Shown piece by piece: positions 56,311 through 64,000 of a stretch of 64,000 nt of DNA. Within the stretch, counting starts at the first letter, position 1. Each line of letters starts with the position of its first letter. The position numbers and the translations under genes are program-made. The notes beneath the pieces are model-generated. The model had not been told where the DNA came from and ran no database searches. It worked only from the letters and a program-made list of their open reading frames with translations. The DNA is from Candidatus Omnitrophota bacterium (GTDB lineage: Bacteria; Omnitrophota; Gorgyraeia; B26-G9), in assembly GCA_043826565.1 (NCBI GenBank), contig JBDRPX010000035.1, positions 31,299 to 95,298 on the forward strand. The letters are read 5' to 3'.

Positions 56311-57366
56311 TTAGTACTTCCCGATAAGATACTCCGCTATCTGAACCGCATTAGCTGCCGCGCCTTTTCTCAAATTATCGCTAACTACCCAAAGCCACAA
56401 TCCGTTTTTAACAAACGGGTCTTTTCTGATCCGGCCCACAAAAACCTCATCTTTTCCTGAGCATTGTGCCGGCATGGGATATTGAGACTTTTTCGGATCA
56501 TCAACTACGACGATGCCTTTAGCTTTGCTTAGAATCTTTTTCACCTCTGCCGGACTAATCGGTTTAGAAGTTTCAATATAAATCGATTCAGAGTGCGAAT
56601 TCAATATCGGAACCCTTATGCAAGTTGCCGATACTTTAATTTTCTTAGTTCCAAATATCTTATGAGTTTCATGAACCATTTTCCATTCTTCACTAGTATA
56701 ATCATCTTCAGCAAAACCACCGATCTGAGGAATAGCATTAAAAGCAATTTGATAAGCCAAAGGAGTACCCTCAATATTTTTCATATTCTGCACAGGATTT
56801 TCATAGGCAGATTTTGCATCATTCTTACTGACCATATAATCAGTCTCTGCCCAAAGTCTCTGCAAAGCACTTCTTCCAGCCCCGGAAACTGCCTGAAAAG
56901 TTGAAACAATAATTCTTTTAATCCCAACTTTGCGGTGAATCGGAGCTATTGCCGCAACCATCTGAATAGTTGAACAATTCGGATTAGCAATAATGCCTTT
57001 ATTTTTTTTAGCATCAGCTCCATTAACCTCCGGGACGACCAAAGGCACATTTTTTTTCAAGCGAAAATCAGCGCCGTTATCAATAACGATCGCACCTCTT
57101 TTTACTGCCTCCGGAGCATAAGTCACGGCCGCGCCTTTCTCTCCTTCGGTTCCGGCAAAAAGCGCGAAATCCATATCATTAAAGCTATCGGCGGAAATCT
57201 GTTCCACCTCATATGTTTTTCCGTCAACTTTAATCTTTCTGGCACTGCGCGCCAAAACCTTTAATTTATTAATCGGAAATTTATGCTGGCACAACACCTT
57301 GAGCATCTCCTCTCCTACCGCGCCAACTCCGACAACCGCAACATTGTATTTTTGTTTTTTCTTCAT
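56311..57366 (-). CDS. asd: Aspartate-semialdehyde dehydrogenase
   Basis: NVAVVGVGAVGEEM Rossmann motif and the active-site Cys region NPNCSTIQMV; 351 aa. Confidence 0.9.
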   Translation of the reverse strand: MKKKQKYNVAVVGVGAVGEEMLKVLCQHKFPINKLKVLARSARKIKVDGKTYEVEQISADSFNDMDFALFAGTEGEKGAAVTYAPEAVKRGAIVIDNGADFRLKKNVPLVVPEVNGADAKKNKGIIANPNCSTIQMVAAIAPIHRKVGIKRIIVSTFQAVSGAGRSALQRLWAETDYMVSKNDAKSAYENPVQNMKNIEGTPLAYQIAFNAIPQIGGFAEDDYTSEEWKMVHETHKIFGTKKIKVSATCIRVPILNSHSESIYIETSKPISPAEVKKILSKAKGIVVVDDPKKSQYPMPAQCSGKDEVFVGRIRKDPFVKNGLWLWVVSDNLRKGAAANAVQIAEYLIGKY

Positions 57367-57410
57367 TTTCTTCCTTTGTCTCGGGCGGGCACAAGGCCCG
57401 CCCCTACAGG

Positions 57411-58472
57411 TTACTTAAGATTTTCCACCACCAAGTCACCGATTTCAGAAGTAGAATACCCCATTCTACCGGCACCTAAGCTCTTAACCTTATTTTTCAC
57501 AATATAGATTACCGCATCCTCGATACTCTTAGCGGCCTTTTCTTCTCCTAATGTCTCCAAAAGCATCGCTAAAGCACAAATCGCTGCCAGCGGATTAATT
57601 ACATTCTTTCCTGTATACTTCGGAGCTGATCCGCCAATCGGTTCAAACATGGAAACTCCCTGAGGATTGATATTGCCACCGGCGGCAATTCCCATCCCTC
57701 CCTGAACCATCGCGCCCAGGTCGGTAATAATATCTCCAAACATATTATCGGTAACAATGACATCAAACCATTCCGGATTTTTCACAAACCACATGGTCGT
57801 TGCATCAACGTGCGCATAATCTGTAGTAATATCCGGGTATTCTTTGGCGACTTCATCAAATGTTCTCTGCCAAAGGCCCCAAGCATAAGTTAATACGTTT
57901 GTCTTCCCGCACAAGGTAAGGTTTTTCCTTTTATTACGTTTACGCGTATATTCAAAAGCATAGCGGATACACCGCTCAATCCCCTTCCGGGTATTATAAG
58001 AAAGCTGAATCGCTACTTCTTCCGGAGTCCCTTCATTCTGAATTTCTCCCATACCTTTATATAAACCTTCGGAATTTTCACGGACGACTACAAAATCAAC
58101 ATCTTCTTCATTTTTATCTTTTATCGGACAAAAATCTTTATTATATAACTTTACCGGACGTAAATTAATATACTGATCCAGTCCAAATCTGGTTTTAAGC
58201 AAAATACCCTTTTCTAGTATACCCGGTTTTACATCAGGATGCCCGATTGCTCCTAAATAAATAGCGTCAAACTTCTTCAACCCGTCAACTTCTTCATCAG
58301 TCATAACCACACCGGTCTCAATATAGCGGTCTCCGCCATAATTGAAATTTGTAAGCTCATATTCAAATCCGAACATTTTGCTAACTTTTTCTAAAACCTT
58401 CAGCCCCTCATCTATCACCTCAGGACCAGTACCATCTCCAGGCATAACTGCAATTTTATACATTTGCGTCAC
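57411..58472 (-). CDS. leuB: 3-isopropylmalate dehydrogenase (isocitrate/isopropylmalate dehydrogenase family)
   Basis: [13 protein letters not shown] and [26 protein letters not shown] motifs; adjacent to leuD/leuC. Confidence 0.8.
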   Translation of the reverse strand: MTQMYKIAVMPGDGTGPEVIDEGLKVLEKVSKMFGFEYELTNFNYGGDRYIETGVVMTDEEVDGLKKFDAIYLGAIGHPDVKPGILEKGILLKTRFGLDQYINLRPVKLYNKDFCPIKDKNEEDVDFVVVRENSEGLYKGMGEIQNEGTPEEVAIQLSYNTRKGIERCIRYAFEYTRKRNKRKNLTLCGKTNVLTYAWGLWQRTFDEVAKEYPDITTDYAHVDATTMWFVKNPEWFDVIVTDNMFGDIITDLGAMVQGGMGIAAGGNINPQGVSMFEPIGGSAPKYTGKNVINPLAAICALAMLLETLGEEKAAKSIEDAVIYIVKNKVKSLGAGRMGYSTSEIGDLVVENLK

Positions 58473-58557
58473 CTCTTTCTTTCCCGCCGGGTACCTTCTT
58501 CGAAGTATCCCACGGGAGGCTCGCCACTGTCCATTTCTTAAGTGTCCACATGGCGGC

Positions 58558-59085
58558 TTATTTTTTGTTTTTCTTGCGCTTCGCTTTGCTCGCGGAACCT
58601 TTCGGGTTTTTAATCCAATTTAATAGTCCGCCGCAATTGACAATCTCCTGCATAAAATCAGCAAACTTATCAGTCTTATAACTTTTTTTATTTGTTAAAT
58701 TGTAAATCACACCTTCGGTCACATCTACCTCAATCACATCTTTTTCCTTAATATCACAGGATGCCTGCTTACTCACAAGTATCGGCAATCCGATATTAAT
58801 TGCATTGCGGTAAAATATCCGGGCAAAACTTTCCGCGATAACACATGATATCCCGCAGCCCTTAATCGCAATCGGCGCATGCTCACGAGAAGAACCGCAT
58901 CCGAAATTCTTACCGGCAACCATACAGTCTCCTATTGAAATCTTTTTCAAAAATTTTCCGTCAATATCTTCCATGCAATGCTCTCCCAGTTCCCGAGCAT
59001 CAAATGTATTTAGATATCGCGCGGCGATAATTTCATCAGTATTGATATTATCGCCAAACCGCCAAGCAGTGCCTTTTAATTTCAT
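58558..59085 (-). CDS. leuD: 3-isopropylmalate dehydratase small subunit (short archaeal/aconitase-X-like type)
   Basis: WRFGDNINTDEIIAARYL swivel-domain motif; 175 aa. Confidence 0.85.
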   Translation of the reverse strand: MKLKGTAWRFGDNINTDEIIAARYLNTFDARELGEHCMEDIDGKFLKKISIGDCMVAGKNFGCGSSREHAPIAIKGCGISCVIAESFARIFYRNAINIGLPILVSKQASCDIKEKDVIEVDVTEGVIYNLTNKKSYKTDKFADFMQEIVNCGGLLNWIKNPKGSASKAKRKKNKK

Positions 59086-59160
59086 AATCTAACCTCATTT
59101 TTCTATCTTCTATTTTCTTGTTTTTTGATTTTCTATACGCTATCCGCTATACGCTCCACG

Positions 59161-60444
59161 CTATATTTTACTCGGATGAGTAACACAACCGGTAATCGCG
59201 CTCGCCGCGGCAACAGCCGGACTGCTTAAGATAACTTCACTTTCCGGATGCCCCATGCGCCCGACGAAATTTCTATTCGTTGTCGCTATCGCCCGTTCTC
59301 CCTTAGCCAAAATACCCATGTGCCCGCCTAAACAAGGACCGCAGGTAGGAGTAGAAACAACCGCATTTGCTTTAACAAAAATTTCCAACAATCCTTCTTT
59401 CATTGCCTGAGAATAAATCTTCTGGGTAGCGGGAAAAACAATACAGCGCACATCCGGATGGACTTTTTTTCCTTTTAGAATTTTTGCCGCAATACGTAAA
59501 TCAGTGATTCTTCCGTTTGTACATGAGCCGATAACGACCTGATCAACACGCATTTTTTTGAGTTTGCTGACCGGCCGGGTATTGCTCGGTAAATGCGGCA
59601 AAGACACCTGCGGTTCTATCTCGGAAACATTGATCTCTATAGTTTTTTCATATTCAGCATCGGAATCACTTTTTAAATAATCATAGTTTTTCGCTAATCT
59701 GCCCTTAGCAGGATTATTATGCGCCTTTACATATTCCATAGTAATCGCATCCGGTTCAATCAATCCGGCTTTTCCTCCGGCTTCAATCGCCATATTCGAC
59801 ATAGTAAAACGGTCATCAATCGCAAGATGCTTAATAACCGGACCGGTAAATTCCATCGCTTTATAAAGTGCACCGTCAACACCGATCAATCCGATTGTAT
59901 AAAGAATCAGATCTTTTCCGGAAACCCATTTATTCATTTTCCCCTTATACACAAAACGAATGGTTTCCGGCACCCGAAACCACGCTTTTCCCGTAGCCCA
60001 GCAGGCGGCCAAATCAGTAGATCCCACTCCGGTAGCAAACGCACCTAAAGCCCCGTATGTACAAGTATGCGAATCTGCTCCGATAATAAGTTCTCCGGGA
60101 CGAACTAATCCACACTCCGGCAGTAGAGCGTGCTCAATACCCATCCGCCCCACTTCAAAATAATTCACAAGTTTCTGCTCTTTAGCAAATTCCCGCAAAA
60201 CCTTTGCCTGCTCAGCGCTTTTTATATCCTTAGCCGGAGTAAAATGATCCGGAACAAGCACGACTTTCTTTCGATCATATACTTTTTTAACCCCGATCTT
60301 TTTAAACTGATCGATAGCTATAGGTGCAGTTATATCATTCCCCAAAGCAACATCTACATCAGCGTAAACAAAATCACCGGCCTTAACTTTTTTTGCTCCC
60401 TTAACATGAGCATTAAATATTTTTTCCGAAATCGTAAATCCCAT
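59161..60444 (-). CDS. leuC: 3-isopropylmalate dehydratase large subunit (track ORF runs to 60465; start probably the ATG at 60442-60444, MGFTISEKI)
   Basis: Aconitase-family Fe-S cysteine motifs (CTNGR..., PTCGPCLG); ~427 aa. Confidence 0.88.
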   Translation of the reverse strand: MGFTISEKIFNAHVKGAKKVKAGDFVYADVDVALGNDITAPIAIDQFKKIGVKKVYDRKKVVLVPDHFTPAKDIKSAEQAKVLREFAKEQKLVNYFEVGRMGIEHALLPECGLVRPGELIIGADSHTCTYGALGAFATGVGSTDLAACWATGKAWFRVPETIRFVYKGKMNKWVSGKDLILYTIGLIGVDGALYKAMEFTGPVIKHLAIDDRFTMSNMAIEAGGKAGLIEPDAITMEYVKAHNNPAKGRLAKNYDYLKSDSDAEYEKTIEINVSEIEPQVSLPHLPSNTRPVSKLKKMRVDQVVIGSCTNGRITDLRIAAKILKGKKVHPDVRCIVFPATQKIYSQAMKEGLLEIFVKANAVVSTPTCGPCLGGHMGILAKGERAIATTNRNFVGRMGHPESEVILSSPAVAAASAITGCVTHPSKI

Positions 60445-60542
60445 AACAAATTTCCCCTTCCACAACTATACTTGTCTTTTTCTGTTTTTATTTTTTGTTT
60501 TTATTTTTTGTTTTTTAGTCTATGGTCCATAGTCTATTGTCT

Positions 60543-60995
60543 CTAGTCTATTGTTTTAATCATTGCTGTTTCATCACAGTCGGGGAATTTGATACATTCG
60601 ACACAATCACTCCATATTTTATGAGGAAGCGTCGCTTTATCCACAATTTTAAACCCGAATTTTTCAAAATACCCGATATGCGCAGTAAGCAAAAATGTTC
60701 TAGTTATCCCAAAGTGTTTTGCATCTTCTAAACAAAAATTAATTAATTGTGTACCAATCCCTTTTTTTTGATAGGCGTCATCTACAATAAGTGAGCGTAT
60801 TTCCGCCAAATTCCCCCAGGTGATATGTAAAGCACAACATCCAATAATAATACTATTTTCCGCACAAACCACAAAATCACGAATATTCTCATATATATTA
60901 TTTAAAGAGCGGGGCAAAACCTGGCTTTTTTTCGCGTGAGTATTTATCAGCGCTTGAATCGCTTCAACATCTTTAACATTAGCTTTTCGAATCAT
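60543..60995 (-). CDS. GNAT-family N-acetyltransferase (short amino-acid N-acetyltransferase-like)
   Basis: Acetyl-CoA-binding motif QKKGIGTQLI; 150 aa. Confidence 0.75.
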   Translation of the reverse strand: MIRKANVKDVEAIQALINTHAKKSQVLPRSLNNIYENIRDFVVCAENSIIIGCCALHITWGNLAEIRSLIVDDAYQKKGIGTQLINFCLEDAKHFGITRTFLLTAHIGYFEKFGFKIVDKATLPHKIWSDCVECIKFPDCDETAMIKTID

Positions 60996-61005
60996 AATTT
61001 ATACC

Positions 61006-61413
61006 TCATATTATAATTTCTACCGCCCGGTAAGGACACAATGGAACACATAAACCGCAGGCAATACATTTATTCTTATTAAACTCGACCCGCATATCCA
61101 CTTTGTTTGTAAAAAACGCTCCCGTCGGACACACTGTAATACATTTCGTGCAATGGATACATTTCCTTTCATCCCACTTAATATCCTGAATGAGTGATTC
61201 TATTTTAACTCCTGTTTTTTTAAGATAATCAATGCCGGCATCAAGATTCTGCTTATTACCTTCAATCTCTAATACCAGTAACCCGAGTTCATTAGGTGTA
61301 ATATTAGCCTTTAAAATATTCACGATCAGGTCAAAGTCCTTAATCAGGTGATAGGTTATCGGCTTACTCAGCAGATCATGCGGAAATGTTAAAACAACTC
61401 TTTTTTTATTCAT
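61006..61413 (-). CDS. NIL-domain-containing 2x[4Fe-4S] ferredoxin
   Basis: CTKCITVCP and CIACGLCVPLCP cluster motifs; N-terminal NIL-like domain; 135 aa. Confidence 0.7.
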   Translation of the reverse strand: MNKKRVVLTFPHDLLSKPITYHLIKDFDLIVNILKANITPNELGLLVLEIEGNKQNLDAGIDYLKKTGVKIESLIQDIKWDERKCIHCTKCITVCPTGAFFTNKVDMRVEFNKNKCIACGLCVPLCPYRAVEIII

Positions 61414-61429
61414 CAGGTCACCTTAACTT

Positions 61430-61984
61430 CTAATTATTCTCTTTAACAATTACCGTATCCACAGCATCAAGCAAATCCTTGGCGATAAAATCCGGTTTTA
61501 ACTCAAAATCATTGATCTCTTCCCGATCTTTAGTATTCCCGGAAAGAACTAATATTGTTCGGAATCCAAGTTTTTGTCCTGCCTGAATATCCCTGGCACT
61601 ATCTCCAATAACAAATACCTGCCCCGGGTCTACTTTTCTACCAACAATCGCCTGTTCAAAAAGTCCGGTCTTAGGCTTACGGCAATCACATGCATCCTCA
61701 TCTCTATGCAGACAATAGTGAACTTTATTAACATTTCCGCCGCCTGCTTTTATTGCTCCCAGCATATTTTGTGTCATCCGGGATAACTCTTCTTCTGTAT
61801 ACAGCCCTTTGGCTACACCAGCCTGATTAGAAATCACAAAGATTTCAATCCCAAGATCCGTAATTTTTTTAATCGCCTCTATAGAACCAGGTAAAAACTC
61901 GAAGTGCTCCCAAGACCGGACATATTGGTCTTTATTGTTTTTATTTATAACTCCATCCCTATCTAAGAGAATGATTTTTACCAT
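61430..61984 (-). CDS. gmhB: HAD-IIIA phosphatase, D,D-heptose 1,7-bisphosphate phosphatase (GmhB)-like
   Basis: LDRDGVIN motif I, VISNQAG motif II; 184 aa. Confidence 0.72.
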   Translation of the reverse strand: MVKIILLDRDGVINKNNKDQYVRSWEHFEFLPGSIEAIKKITDLGIEIFVISNQAGVAKGLYTEEELSRMTQNMLGAIKAGGGNVNKVHYCLHRDEDACDCRKPKTGLFEQAIVGRKVDPGQVFVIGDSARDIQAGQKLGFRTILVLSGNTKDREEINDFELKPDFIAKDLLDAVDTVIVKENN

Positions 61985-62043
61985 GATTTTGTTCCTAAAA
62001 GTTGTTTAAATATTTTCTTTCATATTAAGTCGATTATTATATA

Positions 62044-63579
62044 TTAACCTACGGCGTTTGTCAAATCCGTCATGTCCGAAAAAAATCTCTGCCTCCGAGA
62101 GTAAAAACCAATCACTAAAACCACAAACAAGTAATAAATAGACACCCCTGCGAAAGAAATATCTTTTATTTCCCAATAGGCCCCGGGAAAACCTAAGAAA
62201 ACTATGTTTATTTTGTATAGCAAAGCAACTAAGAGTTCACAGCTTAGCGCTAAAGGCCCGAGCAATCCGGGGATTATTCCTCCTAAAATAATCATCAAAA
62301 AACCACTAGCAATAACGATAAACAAAAACGGCACTATGATAATATTCGCGATAACCGCTATCGGGGTAAAGAGTTGAAAATAATAGGCAATTATTCCCGT
62401 TGCTCCCAGCCAGGCGGAAACAGACACACTGAAACTTTTCAAAATCAAAGCTAACCACTTATTTTCCTTCCATTTAACCGGAAAAATACTCAATATTGTA
62501 TTTGTGAACTTAAAAATAGAAAGAACGCAGGCAAAAGACAGTTGAAATCCAACTTCAAATAATTGCCACGGATTTACATATAGAATAATAAGCGCGGATA
62601 AACTTAAAGCACTGTACGGATCATAATCTCTGTTTAATAACACTCCGGAGAGAAAAACTACGGTCATAATCGTTGCCCGGACAACCGAAACCCTCCCTCC
62701 GGTGAATATACAGAACCCGCATAAAGCAATAATCGCCAGCAAATATCTTAGCCGAAACGGCATTTGGCAGAGTTTCAGTAAGGATATTATTATCATCGCA
62801 ACTATGCCGACATGTAATCCGGAAACAGCCAGAATATGTACGGTCCCGGTTCTTTGCAATGCGGTATTTATAAATCTCGGCACATCTTCCCTGTCCCCTA
62901 AGATCATCGCGCTCATTATTTTCCCCGCATTTTCCGACAAATGGACATTAATCATTTGCTTAACTTTACTTTTTAAAGACAGGATGATTGTTTTTATAGA
63001 GTTGTTTTGCTTTGATTGTTCAACTGTTATCTTGCCTTGCTTGCCGACGCTTAGAATCGAATATATCCCTTTTCGTTTAAGAAACTCACGATACCTGAAT
63101 CTCCCGCTATTGGGGAAGTTATATGGTTTATATAATGTTCCGGAAACAGTGATCCTGTCTTGATCATTGATTTTTTCCTTTTTAAAAAAATTCACTAAAA
63201 GATTCCCCTGAATTGGAAAATCTTTATTATCAATTACAATCTTTTCCGTTTTCACAATAAAAATAGTTTTATTCTTTTTCTTTACCGGGGCAGAAATCAC
63301 CAACCCTTTTACTGAAACAAACTTCCCTTTATGCGGAGTAATTTTGGCGATATGATTATTCGGTAAGATTTGTGCGATTAAAAAATGGCAATACCCTAAA
63401 TAAAAACAGCACAGAATCAGCGAAAATCGGAATGTAATTTTATCCTCTAAATTAACAAATAAGCTGATAAAAGCAGCGATGAGACAAGCAAACGAAAACC
63501 AGACATTTAAAGAAACAAACGAAGCCGCAACAATTCCGCAAATAATTGAGATACACACCACCACCAAAGGACGTTTCAT
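62044..63579 (-). CDS. comEC: DNA-internalisation competence protein ComEC/Rec2 (channel domain only, no beta-lactamase domain)
   Basis: Polytopic membrane protein with the competence domain (HILAVSGLHVGIV); 511 aa. Confidence 0.82.
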   Translation of the reverse strand: MKRPLVVVCISIICGIVAASFVSLNVWFSFACLIAAFISLFVNLEDKITFRFSLILCCFYLGYCHFLIAQILPNNHIAKITPHKGKFVSVKGLVISAPVKKKNKTIFIVKTEKIVIDNKDFPIQGNLLVNFFKKEKINDQDRITVSGTLYKPYNFPNSGRFRYREFLKRKGIYSILSVGKQGKITVEQSKQNNSIKTIILSLKSKVKQMINVHLSENAGKIMSAMILGDREDVPRFINTALQRTGTVHILAVSGLHVGIVAMIIISLLKLCQMPFRLRYLLAIIALCGFCIFTGGRVSVVRATIMTVVFLSGVLLNRDYDPYSALSLSALIILYVNPWQLFEVGFQLSFACVLSIFKFTNTILSIFPVKWKENKWLALILKSFSVSVSAWLGATGIIAYYFQLFTPIAVIANIIIVPFLFIVIASGFLMIILGGIIPGLLGPLALSCELLVALLYKINIVFLGFPGAYWEIKDISFAGVSIYYLFVVLVIGFYSRRQRFFSDMTDLTNAVG

Positions 63580-63587
63580 TGCCTCCC

Positions 63588-63959
63588 CTATAATTTTACA
63601 TGATTTTCTATTACTATAAGTTTTTTAGGCCCGATTCCTTTGACTTCCATTAATTCGTCTTTTGTTTTAAATAATCCATTTTTCCGGCGATATTCAATTA
63701 TTCGGTTGGCAATTACCGGTCCGATTCCGGGGATACGGCAGAGTTCTTGGGCATTGGCTTGATTAAGCGCGATTAATTCCGGGTGACTATCCTGAGTTGA
63801 AGCAACTAATGGAGAGATTCTATTGTCCTGGCTAATAGCCATGATCCGCTCAGCTGCTTGTGAGTTATTTTTCTTAACCCAGCTTAATCCCAACCCCAGA
63901 ATCAAAACAGCGAGAACAAAGACAATAATTTTTCTTTCTTCTATAATAAAGTCCTGCAT
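63588..63959 (-). CDS. comEA: Competence protein ComEA (helix-hairpin-helix DNA receptor)
   Basis: Tandem HhH motifs ELCRIPGIGPVIANRII and MEVKGIGPKKL; N-terminal TM helix; 123 aa. Confidence 0.85.
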   Translation of the reverse strand: MQDFIIEERKIIVFVLAVLILGLGLSWVKKNNSQAAERIMAISQDNRISPLVASTQDSHPELIALNQANAQELCRIPGIGPVIANRIIEYRRKNGLFKTKDELMEVKGIGPKKLIVIENHVKL

Positions 63960-64000
63960 GACTCCCCCCCCAAAAAAACGCCTACAGGTATTTGCGGAAA

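Noticed and set aside
58473-58557. Possible plus-strand terminator (hairpin + T-run) in the leuD-leuB spacer
   Set aside because: The T-run is the minus-strand lysine-codon tail (KRKKNKK) of leuD. There is no plus-strand gene to terminate.
1-64000. CRISPR arrays, rRNA/tRNA genes, transposases or integrases
   Set aside because: No repeat-spacer arrays, no rRNA signatures, no convincing tRNA cloverleaf and no transposase/integrase-like ORFs were seen anywhere in the window.

Overview
Bacterial chromosomal window, about 38-40% GC. Every supported gene is on the minus strand; the small plus-strand ORFs in the track are antisense artefacts of these genes. Content in order: a partial TpsA/filamentous-haemagglutinin-like exoprotein gene (1-747); rpsA, plsC, cmk; an aromatic amino-acid cluster (tyrA, aroF, hisC-family, pheA); scpB and scpA; trpS; infB-nusA-rimP. 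A large type IV pilus (T4P) locus spans roughly 15.3-43.3 kb: secretin pilQ, pilP/pilO-like genes, a pilM-pilN fusion, a GGDEF diguanylate cyclase, a small HTH regulator, two tandem major-pilin paralogs, a PilS/PilR-like two-component system, two tandemly duplicated minor-pilin modules each carrying a 900-aa GspK/PilX-like giant protein, pilC, two PilB/GspE ATPases, a stand-alone double-MshEN protein, two PilT ATPases and a single-domain receiver. After that come a B12-binding radical-SAM enzyme, a PAS histidine kinase, rodA-mrdA-mreDCB, aroA, truA, asd, leuB-leuD-leuC, a GNAT, a NIL-ferredoxin, a GmhB-like HAD phosphatase and comEC-comEA. The main hunt results are two GEMM-like (c-di-GMP-I-type) riboswitch candidates with intrinsic-terminator expression platforms, one before the TpsA-like adhesin gene and one (with its own sigma-70 promoter) before the first minor-pilin module. 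These sit in a locus that already carries c-di-GMP synthesis (GGDEF) and reception (MshEN) parts. Other observations are the duplicated minor-pilin cassette with giant paralogs, a roughly 200-300 bp intergenic element present twice, and short tandem-repeat arrays, most with a 7-bp period, in many intergenic regions. All calls are by eye from motifs; no database search was run.
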